Of a stretch of DNA of 64,000 bases, positions 1 through 11,147 are shown in pieces (position 1 is the first letter of the stretch; every line of letters begins with the position of its first letter). Below the pieces are notes generated by a model that saw only the letters and a program-made list of their open reading frames with translations, was not told where the DNA came from and made no database searches. This DNA comes from Raja brachyura (Eukaryota). The stretch lies in contig OY740782.1 of assembly GCA_963514005.1 (NCBI GenBank), positions 7,750,001 to 7,814,000 on the forward strand. Reading direction: 5' to 3'. Made by a program: the position numbers and the translations under genes.

Positions 1-215
1 CACCCAGAGAGTTGTGAATCTGTGGAATTCTCTGCCTTGGAAGGCAGTGTAGGCTAATTCTATGGATGCTTTCAAGAGAGAGTTAGATAGTGCTCTTAAA
101 GATAGCGGAGTCAGGGGATATGGCGAGAAGGCAGGAACTGATTGTGGATGATCAGCCATGATTATATTGAACGGCTTGAAGAGCCGAATGGCCTACTCCA
201 GCATCTATTGTCTAT
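1..215 (+). mobile_element. CR1 LINE 3' end
   Basis: Encodes ...QRVVNLWNSLP... and is followed by the same 3' UTR seen in the other CR1 copies. Confidence 0.85.
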
Positions 216-354
216 ACTAAACATTGTGCCATTTACAGCATTCACAGTGCAATACTGGGGAACGTTCAACGCGTTTTAGTGCCATGCCATGCTGATTATT
301 GCCACTACATAGGCCATTCGAAACATAGGTTCTTATATTTTATCTAAATATAAG

Positions 355-475
355 TGATAGGAGCAGAATTACGCCATTCGGCCCATCATCTACTCTGCCA
401 TTCAATCATGGCTGATCTATCTCTCCCTCCTAACCCCATTCTCCTGCCTTTTCTGCATATCCCCTGACACCCATA
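355..475 (-). mobile_element. CR1 LINE 3' UTR fragment
   Basis: ggccattcggccc...gccattcaatcatggctgatc...ccccattctcctgcc matches the reverse strand of CR1 3' ends in this window. Confidence 0.7.
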
Positions 476-1803
476 AACGGGATTGCTCTAATGTGAACAC
501 TTAAAACAATCTGCAGTGCCCTAAATTGAGAACTGTCTGTTGTTTTCCTTGGAGCAAGGACGTACGAAGAAATTTAAGAGGTATGTAAGATTACAGTGGA
601 CTTGGATAGGGTACTTGAAAAGTAACTATTAACATTACTGACTGGTTGAAAGATTTGGTGGCACATTTTCAAAGTGAAGGGCAAAAAAATACAAGGATGA
701 TGTGAAAGTTATTTACATAGAACAATGCAGGACAGGAATAGACCTTTCCTGTCTGCCAACGTGAATTAGCCTTTCAGCCTGATGTCTGCACCGACCATAC
801 TGCAAATCCAAATGAATCCCATCTATCAGCTCACGATCCTCATCCATCTGCTCCTAGTTTGTGCCTCCATTTAAATTAGTCTTAAAAGTTACTATTGTAT
901 GTGCCCCTACCACTTTTTCTGGTAGTCAATGCTGGGCATCAGCCACTATGTGTTTAAAATTTAAAAAGTGCTCTCTAAATCTTCTTTAGATGTTCACCCT
1001 CTTGACAAATTTATGCCTTCTAATATTTGACATTCTACCCTGAGAAAAAGACTGGATTAAGATGCATGGGATGAACAGTAAATTGGTCATGTAGATTCAT
1101 ACCTGATTTACTGATCGAAGGCAAACCATTCAAGTTCCGTAGGGATCTGTGGGCCTCTGTTGTGCTTACCCTTGGGCATTTCAGATGGGTAAATGCTTGT
1201 CTGAATGCGAGCCTGTCCTTAATTTTTCCATTCCCTGTGATATTTTCATTAACATGGTTTTTGGAGCCAAAGTAAATTTTGAATCATCAGAGCATGACCA
1301 TATTTTAAAGTCAAAAGTATATCAGTAAATACATGGGTAATAACATGTACATGGTTTGATCTTCAAGTTATAATCTGTCCAACATCTTTTGTTTATTTTA
1401 CAACTCGATTACTGCTGATTGTCACTGACTATTCTCCATCTCCAAATAAGTTTTGAGCAGCATAATCCACAAAGAATTCTAAGAAATCCTAAGAAAAATG
1501 ATATTAATGATTTACTGCCTCTATTACCAACAGAAAATGATATTTGGCACCTTCCAAACAAATGTTTTCCTGCTTAATTGGCTTTTAAAACTATTTGAAC
1601 CAAATGGGAAGCAAAAATGTGAAAATGATTAGATCTGGTATTGATTAAGGGATAAGTGGTACTATAATGGGATCTTTGTCTTCCATCTGAGAAAGGAAGG
1701 TTTTTAGTTTTAATTTAATTTGTTTTCAATCAACAGATAACATCTTTAAAAATATACCACATCGTTGTTTTATTGGCTTAGATTCTTTCGTCATCACCAC
1801 AAT

Positions 1804-2626
1804 AAGCGAGTTCGGTATTCCGACTGCACATGCCCAGGTCATAGGTCACTACAGATAAACATTGGAGGGTGCAGATCTGTGTGTTGTCTTGGTTGTCAGA
1901 CCTTTGTTTCAGTGAGTGCTTTATGCTTCGTGCTGCTCCTTGGGGTCCATGGTCGAGCGCGGGTCTCCAGCACCGCCGTCCCCGTCCGGAGGTCGGGCGG
2001 GGCTCGTTGGAGGGTGTTGTGACTCAGACGGAGAGGTTTGGTTGCGGTGGGGGTCGAGCGCCAGGCAACATCTCCGGAGAAGGGTCTCGACCAGAAAAGT
2101 CACCCATTCCTTTTCTCAGGGGATGCTGCCCGCCGCAACTCGAGCATGCACCCCCGCCGAGGTGGAGATGTGCGAGGGGTGCTGCGGCGGCCCGGCTGGA
2201 CGGGCAACATCCCCAGAGAAAAGGAATGGGTTCCTCTGGAGTAGGAGCAGGGCCGGGCTAGAGCAGGACCACCCCCCTCCCACCCCGCCAACATGTGGGC
2301 CGCCGCTCCGGGGGGGGTGGGGGGGCGGTCCAGCAGCGTCGGGGACATGGGCTCGACCCGGGATACGGATGAGGCGTGGGTCTGTGTGTGCTCTCCTCTG
2401 TCTCCTACTGGCATCTGCCCCCTCTCTCTCACTGTTGCACCCACTCTTCCGCTACCTGGCACCCCCGTTCCTAAGATTAAATATATTTTTACACATAAAT
2501 CATGAATATAGATAAGAATTTACATACAGCTTATGCAGCCAGCGCTTTGTTCGCTTTTTCTCTGTAGCCAGTGGCCTTTGTCAAATCCCATGATTCTTTA
2601 TGTTTTTCGGAATACCAAACTCGCTT
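1804..2626. mobile_element. Non-autonomous TIR DNA transposon (MITE), copy 1; ISL2EU/PIF-Harbinger-like
   Basis: TIRs aagcgagttcggtattccga / tcggaataccaaactcgctt, with AT on both flanks (1802-1803, 2627-2628). GC-rich interior. A homologous copy lies at 10302-10993. Confidence 0.75.
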
Positions 2627-3760
2627 ATAGAACTTGGGAGCAAGAGCTTGGAAAATGACTAACTGCATAATTTATAATTTTGTAATGTCGAGTTTATTGT
2701 CATAGTCATACTGCAAGGAAACAGGCCATTTGCCCAACTCGTTCACGTCAACCAAGAAACTAGTCCCATTTTCCGGAGTTTGGCCTTTATCCCTCTAAAC
2801 ATTTCCTATCCATATCATGTATACAAGTACAGTGAGATACAGTCACAATTAAAATGTTGCTTGCATAAGCACCACATAGATTCAGGCAACACACACAAAC
2901 ATAAACTATAGATAATTTGCACACATTCACAATGAAACACAATGAAAAGAAAAGGACTACAAAAAACAAGAGCCTGGAGAGGAGCGATTACTTTTGCTGA
3001 ATTAATTGATATCAGTAAAGATGGAGGAGTGGGGGTGGAAAGCGTTCAGCTTTCACATGGTTACTTTTGGATGAGGGAGATATTTATCCAGTTTTGCTAC
3101 TAAGATGAGTTACTGCAGCTCCTATACTGTTCACTTCTCCACAAGTGTTGGCAATTAAACTTCAGGACTTTGACCCAGTGATTCTGTAGAACTTGTGAAG
3201 TGTTGCTGAGTTTGAAGACAAGTGTTCCAGAGAAGTTGATGTTTTTGACAAGTCATAAATCTTATTGTAGCAATGTTACAAAATTTTGAGATCTGCAATT
3301 TATCCCATCAGATAGAGCATAAAAAGAAGTTTAATGTGACACCTAATTCACTTTCATATCTTCAGTATTTAAAAAGTTATGCCCATTTTCATACTCGGAA
3401 ATTAGCATCTTGTTCCCTATTGCTTTTCCATTGTCTCAAAGGCTGTGATCGAGGACAGTCAAAAAAGCCCATAACTTTCTTAAAAATTAAGAGAACTGAA
3501 TGACATTTTCAGTTATTATAGATTGAAGCATTCTGAAACAAATATGAAACAATCTTACTTGGATGAGCTGAAATTAAAGCATATAATTAGTTAGTTATCT
3601 AATTGTAGCTAATTACAAAATTGACCGTTGCGACGGAAATAGTAATAAACACCCAGACTGCCTTGGAAATTCAAAAAGTGATATTCTCAAGATCGGAACT
3701 TTAATATTATTGTATTATATGCTGTAAGTCCGTAACAGATAGGTAAATAATTTAAAATTT

Positions 3761-6700
3761 CTAGCAAAAGACCAAGTCTTTATGGAGAAGATCAGCTGCT
3801 TGCTGGTACATTGGCATATCATAATCAGTAGCATCATCATACTCCTCAGATTGCAACCAATGAGCAACTTTGTACACCTTGTTTTTCCTCAACTTTTCAA
3901 TTTTGCCATTGTAAACTAAAGGTTTTTGCTCTTCAAACCATGCATGACATGCCTTTGTACCCACTACTTTTCCATTAAGAATGTCCTGTAGATCATCACA
4001 TTTGGAGTAGTCCAAATTCGGATAATCTCTGCAAATGCTGTTTAAATCAGTCTCTTTCAAATTTTTTTCCTAGTTTTTTCCTCTCTTTCGTGTCCCGAGC
4101 ATGCTCCTTGTCTTTCTGTCGCTTGATGATTTCTGCTCTCAATTCCTTCTGTTTTGTCTTCCGTCTGTTCCTCTGCACTCTCCCCCATGTCACTGCGTTA
4201 CAGAGCACTTCCTCCCTACGTTGCTCCTCGAGATTATCAAGGTAATTGACTGTTCTATTCTTGCAGGCCCGCATCCTACATGACAAATAACACGTGGTGG
4301 CATTGGGAGATTTCTGTTTCGATGAGCTAAACATCCCCATTATCTCCTCCACATCAATGTTGTGCGATCTTGCTGATGCAGTCTCCTCCTTCAGTTTCTC
4401 AGTTACATCAAGTTCAAAGTATTTACTATACTGCCTCTCCAACACAGTGATGCCAGCTTGAAGACCGCTCCTCTTCTTTGAACTGAACGGTGTATGTACT
4501 TGTAGCTCCCGAAGTTTTGTCAATGTGGCATCAAGATGTACCTCCTCACCGAAGAAATCTTCCCTTGCCAATATCAAGTTGGCTGGATTTTCTGTGGCTT
4601 CCTTTAGAGCAGCAATCACCCCTTTAACCACTTTGATGCCATCAACATGGTTGTTCTGATTCTGGCTTGAAGTGTAGAAGTGCTTCATCCAAGGCCCAGT
4701 CAGATATTTGCCAACTAAGCCTAATATCTGAAGTACCACTTTTGCTTCAGCCTGGGTGAAGTCATGGAGGGTGGTGTATTTCAACCCCCCACAGGATGTT
4801 CCGCTATTCAGCAGGGCAACAAAGTCATAGAAACTAGGTGCAGGAGTAGGCCATTCGGCCCATTCGAGCCTGCACTGCCATTCAATATCATCATGGCTGA
4901 TCATCCAACTTGGTATCCCTTACCTGCCTTCTCTCCATGCCCCCTGATCCCTTTAGCCACAAGGGCCACATCTAACGCCCTCTTAAATATAGCCGATGAA
5001 CTGGGCTCAACTACCTTCTGTGGCAGAGAATTACAGAGGTTCACCACTCTCTGTGTGAAAAATGTTTTTCTCATCTCGGTCCTAAAAGATTTTCCCCTTA
5101 TCCTTAAACTGGGACCCCTTGTCCTGGACTTCCCCAACATCGGGAACCATCTTCCTGCATCCAGCTTGTCCAACCCCTTCAGAATGTTGTAAGTTTCTAT
5201 AAGATCCCCCCTCAATCTTCTAAATTCTAGCGAGTACAAGCCGACTCTATCCAGTCTTTCTTCAATGTAAGTCCTGACATACCAGGAATCAGTCTGGTGA
5301 ACCTTCTGTACTCCCTCTATGCCAAGAATATCTTTCCTCAGATTTGGAGACCAAAACTCTACGCAATACTCCAGGTGTGGTCTCACCAAGACCCTGTACA
5401 ACTGCAGTAGGATCTCCCTGCTCCTATACTCAAATCCTATTGCTATGAATGCTAACATACCATTCGCTTTCTTCACAGCCTGCTGCGCCTGCATGCCTAC
5501 TTTCAATGACTGGTGTACCATGACACCCAGGTCTCGTTGCACCTCCCCTTTTCCTAATCGGCCACCATTCAAATAATAGTCTACTTTCCTGTTTTTGCCA
5601 CCAAAGTGGATAGCCTTACATTTATCCACATTATACTGCATCTGCCATGCATTTGCCCACTAACCCAGCCTATCCAAGTCACCTTGCAGCCTCCTAGCAT
5701 CCTCCTCACAGCTAACATTGCCCCCCAGCTTCGTGTCATCCCCAAACCTGGAGATGTTGCATTCAATTCCCTCGTCCAAATCATTAATATATATTGTAAA
5801 TAGCTGGGGTCCCAGCACTGAGCCTTGCGGCACCCCACTAGTCACTGCCTGCCATCCTGAAAAGGACTCGTTCACTCATTCTCTTTGCTTCCTGTCTGCC
5901 AGCCAGTTCTCTATCCACATCATAATGTTCTATGAGCTTGCTACTAATATGGAAAAGTATATACAATCTGTTGCCACGGTACCGCGGGAGGACTCCTCGG
6001 GGGGATGTTCCTGTCATCTAAAAATGCGACAAATCCTTTTGGGTCCCCTTTTCCGTTCTTGTACCGAAGTTTGCTCATCTGCAGAATGGCATTTACTGCT
6101 TGACAGTCTTTCCCAAACAAGAATTGTCCTCTGGATTGTTTCTGCATTTTGAGGGCTGAGCGGACTGATGTAGCAATGGAGTCAAGCGGATGCATGTGGC
6201 AGTAGAACTCATTCAAAGATTTACCCCACTCACATTCCTAATAGCAGCATGATTAGCTGAACACCTGTCACTCATTGTGTTTGAAATGTTGTCGATTATC
6301 TTTTGCCTGGTTTCTTGAAAATCTGCTTGCTCATTGAAATAAGTGTAAGTTTTACACAAATTGTCAACTGTTTCACAAATATGTTGCGCATAGTCCTCAG
6401 CAGTCCCACCAGCCAATTCATCGACTGCTGCAGAAAGACATTTGTCTGTGGTGGTGAAGTGTACACTGTTAATGTGGGTCTCTTCCTGGGTGGTTGCATC
6501 AAAACCCACAGTCAAACCCTTTGTTGCTAGGATCATCTCTGCTGTTTGCAACGCAGCAACAGCTCCCAATTCTCGGGCCATAACTTCAACTGCACTACGT
6601 GAAGGAACATGATCCAGATTAAGTCCACTCCGCTTGCAGAACTGGCTTATCAGGATTGGAATGTTTGCTGTGGGAATTTTGTTTACAATACAGTCAAACA

Positions 6701-7775
6701 CATGCTTCCTTGTTGTTGAGGAGTACGTTTTCTGGCCCACCTTTGCCTTGACAATACTGGCAGCCTGCAGAGTTTCGATTGTTTGTTTGAGGACAGGATT
6801 GCCAAATTCGAGGCCTCTCACATCCTCTTCCCTGTCCTTTAAATTTTCATGAACTTTTCTGTACTGATGAATTGAAACAGTTTTCCTCTTTTTCTAACTG
6901 CCACAAAACATCAGCAATTGTCTCTGTGCTTTTATAAGTCTCAAAAACTCTGCCTTGGTTTCAGCAAGCTCTCGTGCAAATGTTTCCCCACATAATTTGG
7001 TTTTGAGTTCCTGAATCTTTCTGTCCTTTAAATCTATTTGGTTTTGCTTTCTCTTTAAGGCTTGGTTAACTACACGTTTGGGAATTTTCAACTGTGCCCT
7101 AAGTTCACTGATCTTTGTGTGATACTTTAGTGTAAGAGCAACCTTGGATTCGGACAGAAAGTTTAGTCTTTTCTTTCTGTTTCCTTGGTAAAAGACTTAG
7201 AAATACTCTGCTACATCTTGTTGAAACACGAGATGTTGATGGCATTGGTTCAGGTGAGGCAGCAGCTGTCGTTGATGTTGCTAGATTCAGTGGAGGATGC
7301 AGACTATGACTGTCATCGCCCATGTCCTCAGTGTCTTGAAATATGGGCACTTGGCTAATGTCAAGGATTCAGGATCTTGAGCACCAGGCGGTGGAATGTC
7401 ATCTAAAGAAATGTGTTGACTGCCTTCTGGAAGTTTAAAAGTTTCATCACAGATTTCCGTAAATGCTCCAAGTTCCTTGGGATTGGTGAGTTTTTTTAAA
7501 CTTAAGCAAAGTCCGGTTAACGAGAGCCTTCACTCTTGACTCTTAACAGCACCAAATGAATAGCCTTCTGCATCCGACAAAGAGAAATGTGAACTCAGCG
7601 ATTTCTCTGTTTCAGACAGACTTTTTCCAAATGAGGTATACAAGTACAAGATGTGTCCATTTTTAAGATGCCTCTTAGACTCGGGCATGACAGAAAAATT
7701 CACTTCAAGTTGAACTCTAGCTATGCCTGTCTGGGCTTTTGGATTGACAATTTTGCATTTCTTCTTCGGAGACAT
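3761..7775 (-). pseudogene. Frameshifted transposase of roughly 950-1000 codons, interrupted by CR1
   Basis: Collinear ORF pieces 7530-7775, 7105-7350, 6894-7091, 6213-6821, 5944-6216, 4047-4829 and 3761-4060. Motifs GFDATT (D), TMSDR (D), CHMH (CxxH), RGNRLY and HNIDVEEIMGMFS (E), in the order typical of hAT-type DDE transposases. Confidence 0.78.
4826..5921 (-). mobile_element. 5'-truncated CR1 LINE nested in the transposase
   Basis: RT C-terminus ([11 protein letters not shown], ...[22 protein letters not shown]) plus 3' UTR. tcata occurs at both junctions (4825-4829, 5920-5924). Removing the insert restores ...LIEHYDFVALL... Confidence 0.92.
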
Positions 7776-10301
7776 CTGTTTATAATGTAAATTAAAAAAA
7801 AAAAAACACTGAACAGCATTAACAGAAAAAAGTTATTATTTGCAGTTTTAGAAAAAAAGGTAGAAATGATAAAGTTAAATGCTAAAACAAATAGTAAATA
7901 CCCAACAAGAAATTCATATTCAGTTTCATCAAATGAATTTAATCAATTCAATTCATAAATTCAATTACTAGATGTAAACATCTATCCATTTCTTAAGGCA
8001 AGGTTAACATTTTTAAATAGCTTAAGGGTCCAAATAACATTCACAATATAACGTGATTATTAAATCTCATTGTCATGAACTTATAGGACAAATGGAAGGA
8101 ATTTAATGTTTAATTCCCATAAATTAATGGGCATTTTAATCATCTTGTGAGTGGGTTTTTCTGGAACGCGATTGATTGGAACGTTGCGGTTGCATTGAAT
8201 CTGAACCCCATATCGGCAGGGAAAACACTGCTGGTTCGTGTGGGGCCCAAATCACATTTTCGCAACGTAAAATTAGATTAAAGTCATCCCAAGAAGCAAG
8301 ATTATATGTAAAATAAACGACTTTGTATTGTCCCGTTCTTACAATCCGTCATGTTGTAGGCGTTGAGGTCGTTAGAAGTCGCTTTTTATTTTAATCCAGC
8401 GATTAAATTGTCCAGCGAATTAAAAAATATATATATATATCGAGAACGGAAGTCCGGTTGATTTTTCATCAGCAGCTAACAGCCCGAGGAAGTCCGCCTC
8501 CGACAAGTAGTACAAATCGACATTTTAATCCCGCCCCCCCTCCCCCCCCCCCCGAAAGGCGCCAAAGTCGTGCACACGGCCAATGGCAGAACTGCAATGC
8601 CACTGAAGGTAGGTTTTGTAACATCGCTACTTAGAGATGAGGGAAAGACTATCAGAATTAGTAAATGTTTACGCAATATTTTTCAGTGTGTGCAGCCTGC
8701 AAATATGTTGTGTGGGTATCAGAGGAGGTGAATACCTTGTTCAGTAGCAGAATGCTAATTGGCTGAACAGTTCAGTGCTCAGTAGTGATGAGCTTTTAAT
8801 GCCGTGGCTACATCCATTTAGATGACTGGATCTATACTTGTAGATAGTAAATGAATGACGCAGAAAACGTGCTGCTTCTATCACATTGATACAGTGAAAA
8901 CTCGCACCCTCGCCACCAAAAGAAACTTAGATTTCCCAAAATCATGGATCGTGATGATATTATTATTCAGTGTCATTGGGAACTGACTGGGCTTTCTTCA
9001 CTTCTCAGTTTATTGCCCATTACTTTGTTTCATACCATGCATGACCCCTTCCCGTGACGCTGGTTAGTTACGTTTATAGACTGACGTGAGATGATATCTC
9101 ATGCCTTTCTGATTCCTGTACAATGTCTGAGGTCAGCATTAGGCTGGGCTCAACGCAATGCTGCTGATGCTCAAAGACCAAAGGGCAGCGTACTTGACAC
9201 TGGAAAGTGCCATTGGCATCATCTTTAGAAGAGGAAGCCTTCTATTGACTTTTATGACTTTCACTGGGAGCATGTCCTGCCCATAGCTTCTCTATGCACG
9301 TTAAAACCGTCAGTGAGCAACATTTATGGAAGCAGTTTGAGAACAAGAGCAGAAGTCGGGTTGGGTCGGTGGGGTTTGTAAGGATGGTGAAGCTGTACAG
9401 AAAATAGTTCTGATCTGGAGCTTGCTCCCTGTAAAAGTGATTTTTACAAAACAGAATTGATCTCAACCACCAAATAATAATTAGATGACAGTAGGGAAAG
9501 TAATTTCAAGTTCAAGTTTTTGCTTATTGTCAACCAATTAAGGTACAGTGAAATTTTACGGGCTAAGTGAGTAGATTTGGGGAGTAGGACTGAAAGAGCA
9601 CGAGGCATGGGTTGATTGATGCGTGATTCCTCCGCCTTGATGATTCAATGGATACTTTTTAATAGAAGAAATAGAACTGACTTGGAACAAGACGGTGAAC
9701 TAGCAATATTAACTGGGGTTATGACAGCTGGTGTAAATTATTTATACTGCTATTTATGGGAGGATTATTGCTGGGGGGTGAATCAGAGTTACCACTCAGA
9801 CTGCCAGTATTTGTGTGCTGTGATCCAATAAGATTGCAAACGGTTTCCAATAATGATCACGGTCAATGATTTTTCTCACACAATATTTTCAAATATTTTT
9901 TCATGGTGAAACAAACTGACTAGATCTGATGGATTATAAACTAAATATCATTACTTTGTATCTCATCATTCACTGTATGTTTTATGTTTCCCTCATTTCC
10001 ACTGGGACATCTGCAAGCATGCACAAATCAAACGTTATGTCCACATTCTAGAAACTTTAGTCCAATTTATAATAAATCTCGATCTCCTTAATGTCAGTGT
10101 TAATTAAAGAAACCAATCTGAACAGCGGCATCAGTTGTTTATTCTGTGCTGATCCTGAGTAGAATGTTATAAAAGTTGTGCACTCTCAGCCATGTGTTTC
10201 CTCTTGCCTTTTTGAATCTAGTCCCAGTTTTATAATCCAGTCCATGTGCCTCCCTGGATTCATTCAGCTGTTCACTTTAGCTTGTTGTTGACAATTTTAA
10301 T

Positions 10302-10993
10302 AAGCAAGTTCGGTATTCTGAAAAACACAAGGAATCATGGGATTTGTCAAAGGTCACTGGCTATAATTTTAAAAAACGAATGAAGCACTGGCTGCATAAA
10401 CTATGTAAATTCTTATCTCTATTCGTGATTTATGTGTATATCAGAAATTAAAAATATTTAATCTGAGGAACGGGGGTGCCAGGTAGTGGTAGAGCGGGTA
10501 TAACAACGAGAGAGATGGAGCAGATGCCAATGGAAGATGGGAGAGCGCGCACAGTTCCATGCCTCATCTGCAACCGGGGTTGAGACGTCCAGAAGGCGGC
10601 CCACAGGCTCGCGGCTGGGGGGGGTGGGGGGGGTGGTTAAACGGGGCGGTCCAGCGGCGGCTCGGCAGCGCCTGCTTCAGCCCGGCCCCGCTCCTACTCC
10701 CGAGGAACCCATTCCTTTTCTCCGGGGATGCTCTCTGTCCAGCCGAGCCGCCGCAAAATCCCATGCACACCCCCGCCGGCGGTCACTGGGTGGGAGGTGT
10801 GGCCGGCCAACCTCTCAGGCGCGGGGGGACGGGGACTGCCCAGCGCCTGACCTCAACCATGGACCCAGCAAAAAGCACTGGCTGAAACGAAGGTCAGATA
10901 ACCAAAGATACACACAGAAGATCCGCACCCTCCAATGTTTATCTCCAGTGACCTGTGACCTAGGCATGCGCAGTCGAAATACCGAACTCGCTT
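10302..10993. mobile_element. Same MITE family, copy 2, inverted relative to copy 1
   Basis: TIRs aagcaagttcggtatt / aataccgaactcgctt, AT flanks (10300-10301, 10994-10995). The interior is the reverse complement of 1804-2626 with indels. Confidence 0.75.
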
Positions 10994-11147
10994 ATTGTGT
11001 GGAAATAATTCAGGACTTGGTTTAGGTCAGGGCAAGTATTGTGTTTTGTAGGGAGCTCTTTCAGTTTCAGTATTTAATGAAATCGCTTAATTCTATTAAA
11101 AACAAATAATCTTAAGATACAATTTGAAAAGATTTTTCTGGTTTGTT

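Larger units (their letters stand above)
3267..8630 (-). mobile_element. hAT-like DDE DNA transposon, ~4.3 kb without the nested CR1
   Basis: 17 bp TIRs with 1 mismatch: gtagcaatgttacaaaa (3267-3283) and ttttgtaacatcgctac (8614-8630). They enclose a fragmented transposase. Confidence 0.8.

Noticed and set aside
1765-2515. Overlapping 85-199 aa ORFs here and at 10537-11025
   Set aside because: Stop-poor GC-rich MITE sequence with no protein motifs.
10047-10062. Heat shock element-like ttctagaaacttt, suggesting autoregulation
   Set aside because: Only two perfect nGAAn units; expected by chance in 64 kb.
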